A DNA stretch of 64,000 nt, from positions 1 through 64,000 of IMG/VR virus record IMGVR_UViG_3300023174_000033; one strand, 5' to 3'. This document shows positions 10,120 to 17,279 of the stretch, one piece after another (the first letter of the stretch is position 1; every line of letters starts with the position of its first letter). The position numbers and the translations under genes were made by a program. Under the pieces are notes generated by a model, which was not told the DNA's origin, searched no databases, and worked only from the letters and a program-made list of their open reading frames with translations.

Positions 10120-10443
10120 ATGAAAGCAAGAATTAACGAGAATGAAACAAAAGAACTGAATCCAACAGAGATTGGAGAAAGGTTCATCAATGTAATGAAT
10201 AAATTACAAGAATTAGGTGTTTTTTATGGTGAAAACTATGGTGGTAAATACGAAGAAAAATATCCACATAGTTGTTATATGTTTAATATTAGATTGGATA
10301 GACATCGTTCTGGTTTTGAAAGTTTAATTGAAGATGGGTGTGGTGATAACACAGAAGAAGTTGAAGTTGCAAGAGAAGATACATCAGTTGAAGAATTATT
10401 GGTTCTTTTGGAAAAGACTTTCGATAAACTAAAAAACTCATAA
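10120..10443 (+). CDS. Cassette 2 ORF, hypothetical
   Basis: ORF between complementary cassette ends; ends in KNS*. Confidence 0.7.
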   Translation: MKARINENETKELNPTEIGERFINVMNKLQELGVFYGENYGGKYEEKYPHSCYMFNIRLDRHRSGFESLIEDGCGDNTEEVEVAREDTSVEELLVLLEKTFDKLKNS

Positions 10444-10537
10444 AATTTTTGATATTGAATATAACTAGCGGCTACACGCAGGTTTATTGTGTATATACAA
10501 CAAATTAAAAAACTCAAAACAATAATTTAATTGAACC

Positions 10538-10650
10538 TAACGGTTGGGTGTATGAGAAGGTTTTTTATTTGGAAATCTCGAAATTTATACCTACCTTTGT
10601 ATGAGTAGTGTGGCTTTGCACATACTTTCAACTTACAGATAAACTTTATA
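10538..10650. repeat. Degenerate attC-like site (class A left arm, decayed right arm) with an internal promoter
   Basis: TAACGGTTGGGTGTATGAGAAGGTTT is identical to the left arm at 12504. Right arm AACTTACAGATAAACTTTATAAAC lacks GTT. TTTG (10568) and TACCTTTG (10592) lie inside. Confidence 0.65.
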
Positions 10651-10663
10651 AACAGTTTTTACT

Positions 10664-10879
10664 ATGGAAGAATTTACACAACATGATTGGAATCACATGC
10701 ACGATTGTATATTACATGCAACTTGGAATACCACGAAGAAGAAATCTACAAGAGAAGAACTTGTGGAAATTTTCAATAAACTACCAGAAGACTTAAAAGA
10801 AGATGCTTACGAATGGGGTATGTCAGATACGTTGTGGAGAGATAAGTTTATTGAATGGTATGAGGAAAATTGTTTATAA
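10664..10879 (+). CDS. Cassette 3 ORF, hypothetical
   Basis: Stop codon overlaps the TAAC core at 10877. Confidence 0.7.
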   Translation: MEEFTQHDWNHMHDCILHATWNTTKKKSTREELVEIFNKLPEDLKEDAYEWGMSDTLWRDKFIEWYEENCL

Positions 10880-10955
10880 CGGTCGCAAATATGAGAAGTA
10901 AATCTTTTCATTAAAAATTAGGCAAAGTAAGATTTATTTCTTATATTTGTTGTTA
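10877..10955. repeat. attC-like site (class C, 79 bp)
   Basis: TAAC-GGTCG-CAAATATGAGAAGTAAATCTT … AAGATTTATTTCTTATATTTG-TT-GTTA. Confidence 0.85.
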
Positions 10956-10985
10956 TAAGTAGTAAAAACTAAAAAAATTATACAA

Positions 10986-11201
10986 ATGGAACAAAAACTC
11001 GAATTAAATTACAAGGAACAAATTGATTTTCTAACTTCAAAAAGAGATATAGAGTTGGAAAAATTGGATAATATGTTAAAAAGTAATTCAGATAGATTAA
11101 AAATAGAAAATCAATTTGATACACTCATGAAAGAACAAAATCAACTATCACTTACAATAGGTGCTAATAGAGTTTTTGTTAATAGTAGATATGGTAAATA
11201 A
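10986..11201 (+). CDS. Cassette 4 ORF a, coiled-coil-like hypothetical
   Basis: ORF inside the cassette. Confidence 0.65.
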   Translation: MEQKLELNYKEQIDFLTSKRDIELEKLDNMLKSNSDRLKIENQFDTLMKEQNQLSLTIGANRVFVNSRYGK

Positions 11202-11218
11202 TTTTAAAAATTAAACAA

Positions 11219-11440
11219 ATGAAAAGAACTAAATTAACAGATTTTATTTTGAAAAACTTACGATGGACTAGTATATTTTTGTGGAATCAAATATATTTTA
11301 ACAGATTAAGTAAAGCGTTAGAAGAATTTAAAAACAATTCAGATGTGGAAACTATTTCACACAAAAATAATGATGTAATTAAAAGTTTTTCAAAAGAAAA
11401 TTTAGGTGATAGTACTATATATAAAGTTGAGGTAGTTTAA
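11219..11440 (+). CDS. Cassette 4 ORF b, hypothetical
   Basis: Second ORF in the same cassette. Confidence 0.6.
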   Translation: MKRTKLTDFILKNLRWTSIFLWNQIYFNRLSKALEEFKNNSDVETISHKNNDVIKSFSKENLGDSTIYKVEVV

Positions 11441-11459
11441 TTTTAGTTTTTATTACTTA

Positions 11460-11538
11460 TAACTGTTGCAAATATGAGAAGTAAATCTTTTCATTAAAAA
11501 ATAAACAAAATAAGATTTATTTCTTATATTTGTTGTTA
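11460..11538. repeat. attC-like site (class C, 79 bp)
   Basis: TAAC-TGTTG-CAAATATGAGAAGTAAATCTT … AAGATTTATTTCTTATATTTG-TT-GTTA; near-identical to 10877-10955. Confidence 0.85.
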
Positions 11539-11552
11539 TATTAGTTAAATTA

Positions 11553-11801
11553 TTGTTTTACAGATTAAAAAAGAAAAAAGTGAAAGAACAAATTATTGAA
11601 ATTTTAGGAAAAAACCACACCACTCCAATACAATTTGATGAATTTAATGGTTTTTATGGACTATATACATATAAAAATGGTGTATATGTGTTTAAGGAAG
11701 GTGAAGATATTGATTATGATGATATTAATGATAGTGATAAAAATAAAATATTAAAAGTGGTTTTGTCTAAAAAATGGAAATTAAATAAATCTCTACAATA
11801 A
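11553..11801 (+). CDS. Cassette 5 ORF, hypothetical
   Basis: ORF filling the cassette; start codon uncertain (TTG or a later GTG). Confidence 0.6.
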   Translation: MFYRLKKKKVKEQIIEILGKNHTTPIQFDEFNGFYGLYTYKNGVYVFKEGEDIDYDDINDSDKNKILKVVLSKKWKLNKSLQ

Positions 11802-11820
11802 ACAATAATTTAATTGAATA

Positions 11821-11868
11821 TAACGTCTGATGATAAACAATCGTTTTAATGTTGTTTATCATTTGTTA
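11821..11868. repeat. attC-like site (class B, 48 bp)
   Basis: TAAC-GTCTG-ATGATAAACAA-TCGTTTTAATG-TTGTTTATCAT-TT-GTTA; 1 nt different from 10038-10085. Confidence 0.85.
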
Positions 11869-11914
11869 TAAGTATGTAAAACAAAAATTATACAAATTAA
11901 AAAAAAATAAAATT

Positions 11915-12148
11915 ATGAGTTGGAAATTAAACACAGAAGATGAAAATCCATTATGGAGACAATATATGGATGAACTTGAAAAAATGAATCCAGAGGAATC
12001 AAGAAAATGGGAGGTAGTAAGAGAATTACCAGTTGAATTACCATTTAAGACAACAACGACATCCAATTATTCAGAAGATGAATTTTTGGAAAAATTGAAA
12101 ACTGATGAGGACTTTAATAAGAGATGGGGTAAATTAAAAAACTCATAA
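11915..12148 (+). CDS. Cassette 6 ORF, hypothetical
   Basis: ATG at 11915 (MSWKLNTEDE…KLKNS) after the conserved leader. Confidence 0.7.
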   Translation: MSWKLNTEDENPLWRQYMDELEKMNPEESRKWEVVRELPVELPFKTTTTSNYSEDEFLEKLKTDEDFNKRWGKLKNS

Positions 12149-12166
12149 TTTTTGTTTTATTACTTA

Positions 12167-12214
12167 TAACGATTGCAAATATATTGTCGTTTTAATGCAA
12201 TATATTTGTTGTTA
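12167..12214. repeat. attC-like site (class C-type stem with class B loop, 48 bp)
   Basis: TAAC-GATTG-CAAATATATTG-TCGTTTTAATG-CAATATATTTG-TT-GTTA. Confidence 0.85.
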
Positions 12215-12252
12215 TAGGTAGTTTATTAATTTTCTAAAACGGATTAAAAGAT

Positions 12253-12495
12253 ATGACACACGAATACATAAATGAATTATTAGAAAGACAGGGTGAAAAT
12301 CCTGTTTTGTTAGATAGATGTGTATTAAACATCACTGATGGTAGAAGTATAATTTACACACTTTGTGGTGATACTGATTATGAACAACGAGAACTTGAAA
12401 TATGCTATGCTGATAAACATAGTGATGTTATTTGGAAAGGTATCGTTAAAACAAAACAGGAATTGGAAAAGGTAGTTTTAGAAAATTTAAAATAA
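12253..12495 (+). CDS. Cassette 7 ORF, hypothetical
   Basis: ORF between complementary ends. Confidence 0.7.
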   Translation: MTHEYINELLERQGENPVLLDRCVLNITDGRSIIYTLCGDTDYEQRELEICYADKHSDVIWKGIVKTKQELEKVVLENLK

Positions 12496-12503
12496 ATTAC
12501 ATA

Positions 12504-12591
12504 TAACGGTTGGGTGTATGAGAAGGTTTGCTTTGATGAACTTTCAAATTATCACCAATGCTGATAGCAAACTTTCTTATACACCTTGTTA
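12504..12591. repeat. attC-like site (class A, 88 bp)
   Basis: TAAC-GGTTG-GGTGTATGAGAAGGTTTGCT … AGCAAACTTTCTTATACACC-TT-GTTA. Confidence 0.85.
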
Positions 12592-12702
12592 TAACCAGTA
12601 CGGTAAAATTGCACAAATGTTTGATTGAAATACTGAACAAAAACTTTTAAAAATGTGCGGTGGGAATTTTAAAATTGAATATTTATATATAAAGTAAAAA
12701 CT

Positions 12703-13200
12703 ATGAGTGAAGATATACGCAAAATGATTGATAAAGTTAAGAAATTTAAACAATTTATTAGCGAAAGTAATACTACAAATTATATCAATTGGAGTGATTT
12801 ACCAATCCAAGTAAAAAATGACATAACTGAAAATTTGAGAGATAATATACGATATATTAAAGAAGAATATTGGAATAGTGAAGCGTTGAGAGATTCTATT
12901 GACGATTCTATTAATAAACCAATTTTTAAAATAGAATATAAAAATGTTGATGTTTTGTATAACGAACTTATACAAATTGGTTGGGGTATTAGTGAAGACA
13001 ATGTTAAAAGATTAATTTCTGCTCTAAAAAATGGTGCTGAACTTGACCCAATTATACTTGAAAACGGTAAATTTTTTGATGGTGGTCATAGATTGACTGC
13101 ATACAAAAAAATGAAAAAAGAATTAATACCTACAATTGATATTGGATTTTTGATGAATTTCGATTGGGAAAAATGGGACAACGGACAGGCTGATTTTTAA
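12703..13200 (+). CDS. Cassette 8 ORF, ParB/Srx-like domain protein
   Basis: LDPIILENGKFFDGGHRLTAY motif. Confidence 0.7.
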   Translation: MSEDIRKMIDKVKKFKQFISESNTTNYINWSDLPIQVKNDITENLRDNIRYIKEEYWNSEALRDSIDDSINKPIFKIEYKNVDVLYNELIQIGWGISEDNVKRLISALKNGAELDPIILENGKFFDGGHRLTAYKKMKKELIPTIDIGFLMNFDWEKWDNGQADF

Positions 13201-13247
13201 AAGTTTTTGAAAAAAAATGCTAAATAGAACGTATAATGTAATATTGG

Positions 13248-13280
13248 TTATAACTAACATATATCTACAATAACCTGTTT
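13248..13280. other. Candidate attI-like primary site at the integrase-proximal end of the array
   Basis: The last cassette ends in TAAC (13251-13254), followed by non-palindromic TAACATATATCTACAATAAC about 50 bp before the integrase start. Confidence 0.45.
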
Positions 13281-13305
13281 TTCCACCTTTTAAACAAACT
13301 GGCAA

Positions 13306-13814
13306 GTGAAAAAAACCAACTATTACGAAATTTGTAAAACAAAACTGCAATACCTAAACTACTCACCCAAAACCCAATCTACCTATTTACACTATGTAGA
13401 GCAATTCCTAAACGCAACCAAAATACCACCTACAAGGCTTACCTCACAAGATTTTCAATCCTATCTTGATAACTTTAATTTCACCTCAACATCCCAACAA
13501 AATCAAGTAATAAATTCAATCCGATTTCTATATAAGTTTGGACTGAATAAGAAATATGATAAGGTTTCTTTCAAAAGACCTAAATCAGAAAAAAAACTAC
13601 CTAAAGTAGTTGATTCCGATTTTATACTCAATAAACTTGACCAAATAGGTAATATCAAACACAAAACTATACTAACACTAACCTTTTCTGTGGGTCTTAG
13701 AGTATCTGAAATAACTAACCTTAAAATTGAAGATATTGACTCTAAACGAATGATAATCCATATCAAAAATGCGAAAGGTAGAAAAGATAGAATAGTCCCA
13801 CTTTCACAAAAAGT
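13306..13814 (+). pseudogene. Tyrosine recombinase (integron-integrase/XerD-like), N-terminal part
   Basis: NYSPKTQSTY…F, QNQVINSIRFLY, KKLPKV, GLRVSE..NLKIEDID and KGRKDRIVPL motifs; breaks off at the GIY-YIG gene. Confidence 0.9.
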
Positions 13815-14600
13815 CTATTTCAAATTATAATCTTCTAAATATCTAAAATTAGTATTATTTTTTATTTGTCCTAAAAGTTTAGCTTTTAAGGTTCTTACCT
13901 TTATTCCCATTGAATCGGCTGCTTCCTTTTTACTCGGAAAAATTTCTCCAGTTTCAATGTTTATAATTGGTCTTTTATTATGAGCTACTTTTCCTTTATT
14001 CGATTCACTTATTTTTTTCTTTGTTTCACCTGAATGTTTTTTACCCGACATTGGTTTATGATGAGCATGATTTTTACTAATTTTTTTTCTTATATCATCT
14101 GTAAGTTTTACACCCTTTCTATTTGAATTGCCCTTAGTGAAATTATTACCTAATAACCAACCATTTTCTAAATATGATTCCAATTGATTTACACATACTA
14201 GAATACACTCATTATCTTTATAAATCCATTTTTTACCAAATTGTGGATTTTTTTCATTACTGAAATCAGCTCTATTCATTTTCATTAATAACTTAGTATA
14301 ATCAGACATTATATAACTATCACCACCCTCCCTCAAATTTAATCCAATGTCACTATTAAAGCTATTAAACTCTGCTATGTATTTTTTCTCTAAAAAATTT
14401 AATTCATCTCTTTCACATTCTACAAGAATAGAAAATTCATGATTTTCCCAACCATATTTTTTTATAGAATTATATAAAAAAGTTTGTTCTATGCATTTTT
14501 CCGATTTATATGATCTAATTCTTCTCTTTATATCAATTGATTGTCCTATATAAATTCTACCAGATGGAGAAACTATTTTATATATACCACATATTTTCAT
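13815..14600 (-). CDS. GIY-YIG homing endonuclease with NUMOD3-like repeats
   Basis: GIYKIVSPSGRIYIGQS…R…Y, LE..YI..FNS…GLNL..GG, GKKHSGETKKKIS and C-terminal IINIETGEIFPS..EAA motifs. Confidence 0.92.
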   Translation of the reverse strand: MKICGIYKIVSPSGRIYIGQSIDIKRRIRSYKSEKCIEQTFLYNSIKKYGWENHEFSILVECERDELNFLEKKYIAEFNSFNSDIGLNLREGGDSYIMSDYTKLLMKMNRADFSNEKNPQFGKKWIYKDNECILVCVNQLESYLENGWLLGNNFTKGNSNRKGVKLTDDIRKKISKNHAHHKPMSGKKHSGETKKKISESNKGKVAHNKRPIINIETGEIFPSKKEAADSMGIKVRTLKAKLLGQIKNNTNFRYLEDYNLK

Positions 14601-14633
14601 TAAAAACTAATTAATTTACATTATATATTAAAA

Positions 14634-14735
14634 ATGATAATCCAAAAAATAGCAGGTCACTCAAATGTTAAAACAACTGAAATATATACACACGTCTCAA
14701 ATCAATTACTAAGTAAAGTAAATCTACCCATATGA
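14634..14735 (+). pseudogene. C-terminal remnant of the tyrosine recombinase (catalytic Tyr box)
   Basis: Translates as MIIQKIAGHSNVKTTEIYTHVSNQLLSKVNLPI*, matching IQxLxGHxxxxTTxIYTH. Confidence 0.9.
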
Positions 14736-15076
14736 AAGTAATTATAGCAGGCTCAAGAAACTTTAATGACTACAACTTACTAAAATCAAGTTGTGATAAC
14801 CTACTTACACAATTCACTAATATAGAAATAGTTAGTGGAACCGCCAGAGGTGCAGATAAACTTGGTGAAAAATATGCAAGGGAGAAAGGTTATGATATAA
14901 AACAATTCCCAGCTAATTGGAATTTGGGTAAAAGTGCTGGATATATTAGAAATGATGAAATGGCACAGTATGCAGATATGTTAATTGCGTTCTGGGATGG
15001 AACAAGTAGAGGAACTAAACATATGATTGATTTGGCTAATAAAAGAAGTTTAAAGGTTGAAATTGTAAGATATTAA
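14732..15076 (+). CDS. SLOG/YspA-like (DUF2493) protein
   Basis: KVIIAGSR, IVSGTARGAD, AGYIRN..M and FWDG.SRGT motifs. Confidence 0.85.
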   Translation: MKVIIAGSRNFNDYNLLKSSCDNLLTQFTNIEIVSGTARGADKLGEKYAREKGYDIKQFPANWNLGKSAGYIRNDEMAQYADMLIAFWDGTSRGTKHMIDLANKRSLKVEIVRY

Positions 15077-15104
15077 AATAAATAAGTTTTTATATATATC
15101 ACAT

Positions 15105-15479
15105 ATGGAACACTTATGTGATTTTTTGGATTTTGTAGAACTTCTTGAAGAATCTAATGACCCAAAAGTAGGAACTGGTAAAAAACCTAAAGGTTCCAGT
15201 AGAAGACTTTACACAGATGAAAACCCGAATGATACAGTATCAGTTAAGTTCAGAACTAAAGAAGATGTTCAACAAACAATCAATAGCCAATCATTCAAAT
15301 CTAAATCACATAAAAGACAATCACAAATACTAAACCTTATTGAACAAAGGTTAAGAGTGGCTCATAAAAGAGCAAAAGATACAGATACAAAAGAAAGATT
15401 GAAAAGAGCTCACGATTATATAAAATCAAAATGTGAAGCATCTAAAAAGAAAACCCAAAGGTTAAAAGAAATTGGGTAA
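15105..15479 (+). CDS. Basic hypothetical phage protein
   Basis: ORF after a TATATA element; DPKVGTGKKPKGS.RRLYTDENP segment. Confidence 0.7.
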   Translation: MEHLCDFLDFVELLEESNDPKVGTGKKPKGSSRRLYTDENPNDTVSVKFRTKEDVQQTINSQSFKSKSHKRQSQILNLIEQRLRVAHKRAKDTDTKERLKRAHDYIKSKCEASKKKTQRLKEIG

Positions 15480-15561
15480 GTTTTATCGGGGTAAATAAAC
15501 AATTGTCTGAGCATAAAGTAAAATTACATAACCAATCCCTTGAATCAAAATAACTAATTAT

Positions 15562-16518
15562 ATGAAAATATTCACCGGTTCAAATAACAATCAATTAAGT
15601 CAAAAAATATCAAATAGCTTACAATCTATTTCAAATGGGTATTATACTGACTCATTCGATAGTCTTAAAATAGAGAAGTTTTCAGATGGTGAAATACTTC
15701 CACTCTTTACCGAATCTGTTAGAAATCAAGATGTTTATTTTATACAAAGTTTAGTAAGCAGTGATGCAATAATGGAAACCTTACTCGTATCAGATGCCGC
15801 TAAAAGAGCAGGTTGCTTATCTTTTAATCTAATATCACCTTATATGGGATACTCAAGACAAGATAAAACAGATCACCTAAGATCTTCTATTGGCTCTAAA
15901 GTTATCGCTGATATATTTGAAAAAATAGGAGTTAATAATTTATTCACTATCGACCTACACGCATCCTCTATTCAAGGATTCTATAACATACCAGTTATAC
16001 ATTTAAATGGTAATAAAATATTTATTGATTACTTAAAAGATCTAAACATTGATGATATTTGCATCGTAGCACCAGATCAAGGTGCGGTTAAAAGAGCCTC
16101 GGATTACTGTAAAGCTTTCCCAGATTCTACATTCGCAATGATTAATAAAAAAAGAACTAAACCAAATGAAGTTCATTCAATGGAGCTAGTTGGTGATGTT
16201 AAAGATAAAAACGTTGTTATCGTTGATGATATAGCAGATACCCTTGGAACTTTGAAAAAAGCATCAGAACTTGTTAAATCACACGGGGCCAAATCAGTTA
16301 GAGCAATTTGTACTCACGGAATCCTTTCCTCAAGTGCTATCAAAAATCTTGAAGAATCCCCTTTAATAGAATTATTGGTTTCAGATAGTATAGAATCTGT
16401 TATTGATAAAGCAACTTGGAGTAATAAGTTAAGAGTCGTAACTTGCGCTGATATCCTATCCAAAACAGTTATAGCAGTCCACCATAAGAAAAGTGTACAC
16501 GAAATAAACATAATCTAA
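15562..16518 (+). CDS. prs: Ribose-phosphate pyrophosphokinase
   Basis: FSDGEI, ESVR, YSRQDK, DLHA..IQGFY, PDQG, VDDIADT.GT and THG motifs. Confidence 0.95.
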   Translation: MKIFTGSNNNQLSQKISNSLQSISNGYYTDSFDSLKIEKFSDGEILPLFTESVRNQDVYFIQSLVSSDAIMETLLVSDAAKRAGCLSFNLISPYMGYSRQDKTDHLRSSIGSKVIADIFEKIGVNNLFTIDLHASSIQGFYNIPVIHLNGNKIFIDYLKDLNIDDICIVAPDQGAVKRASDYCKAFPDSTFAMINKKRTKPNEVHSMELVGDVKDKNVVIVDDIADTLGTLKKASELVKSHGAKSVRAICTHGILSSSAIKNLEESPLIELLVSDSIESVIDKATWSNKLRVVTCADILSKTVIAVHHKKSVHEINII

Positions 16519-16573
16519 TCATTAATCTTTCATCTAAAAAGAAAACCCAAAGATTAAAAGAAGGTAAGTAATT

Positions 16574-17278
16574 TTAAAATAGTTTTTCCTTGTAAGACTT
16601 ATGACATTGTAATTCTAACCCATTAGAGATACGTCTTACAGTTGCAATGTGCTTACCCCCATCAAAAAAATGATAAAACATTAAACCAATATCTCTAATA
16701 CAAGGATACAATCTGAATAACTCTAAAAACTTCTCATAATCTATTTCTTTAGACTCAGAATCCAATTCCCTTAAAGGTGATTTAAGTAAACTCAACATCT
16801 CCTCATTATCATTGTAAGGAGTTGTCTTTTCAGCCCACTCTTCAAACCCATCCCATCCATCTATAATACAATATAAAGTAACCATTGCAATAGATTCACT
16901 TTCAACCCTTGTTGGAAATACTACAGGAACATTTACCTGTATAACAAAATAATCATCATTATAAAAATTAATACGAAAATCAGGCTCTATTCCAACTTCA
17001 GTCTTATAATATAATGTAAGTACATTTGGCACTAGTTTTGAAGAAACACCATTAAACTCAATACCAGTAACTTCTGGTTTTAAGTAACCATTTAAAATCT
17101 TTAATATCCTTTGCTTATCACCTTCAGTTATTTTGTGTCTACCTTTTATTTCTTGTAAATCATCCATCATATAATCATACTCATCCTCATCTAAATCCAT
17201 ATAGGTTTTATTCTGCCTATTGAATATATCCCATAGTTCAGATTCGTTTAATTGATTAAATGATTTTAAGTGTTTCAT
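16574..17278 (-). CDS. Hypothetical protein, MKHLK family
   Basis: MKHLKSFNQLNE tag; DDYF…DGWDG motif resembling the 39.4-44 kb family. Confidence 0.7.
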   Translation of the reverse strand: MKHLKSFNQLNESELWDIFNRQNKTYMDLDEDEYDYMMDDLQEIKGRHKITEGDKQRILKILNGYLKPEVTGIEFNGVSSKLVPNVLTLYYKTEVGIEPDFRINFYNDDYFVIQVNVPVVFPTRVESESIAMVTLYCIIDGWDGFEEWAEKTTPYNDNEEMLSLLKSPLRELDSESKEIDYEKFLELFRLYPCIRDIGLMFYHFFDGGKHIATVRRISNGLELQCHKSYKEKLF

Positions 17279-17279
17279 A

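Larger units (their letters stand above)
9660..14735. mobile_element. Integron-like gene-cassette array with an adjacent, disrupted tyrosine recombinase
   Basis: Seven intact and two degenerate palindromic TAAC…GTTA sites alternate with short co-oriented ORFs and end beside an integrase. Confidence 0.85.

Noticed and set aside
9660-12591. Intrinsic terminator interpretation of the palindromes
   Set aside because: The stems are AT-rich with no U-tract and a fixed TAAC/GTTA frame. They differ from the CCC/GGG-stem terminators elsewhere in the window and would not explain the cassette end complementarity.
9660-13254. CRISPR array interpretation of the repeats
   Set aside because: The repeats vary in sequence and length (48-89 bp), the intervening segments are 230-670 bp genes, and no cas genes are present.
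13815-14633. Group I intron or intein in the integrase
   Set aside because: The endonuclease is antisense and leaves only about 30 nt spare, too little for a ribozyme core; the integrase HxxR segment is missing in any case.
15562-16518. NARP1-type NAD+ reconstitution pathway
   Set aside because: The protein has canonical Prs motifs and no nicotinamide phosphoribosyltransferase-like partner is in the window; it cannot be excluded genome-wide.
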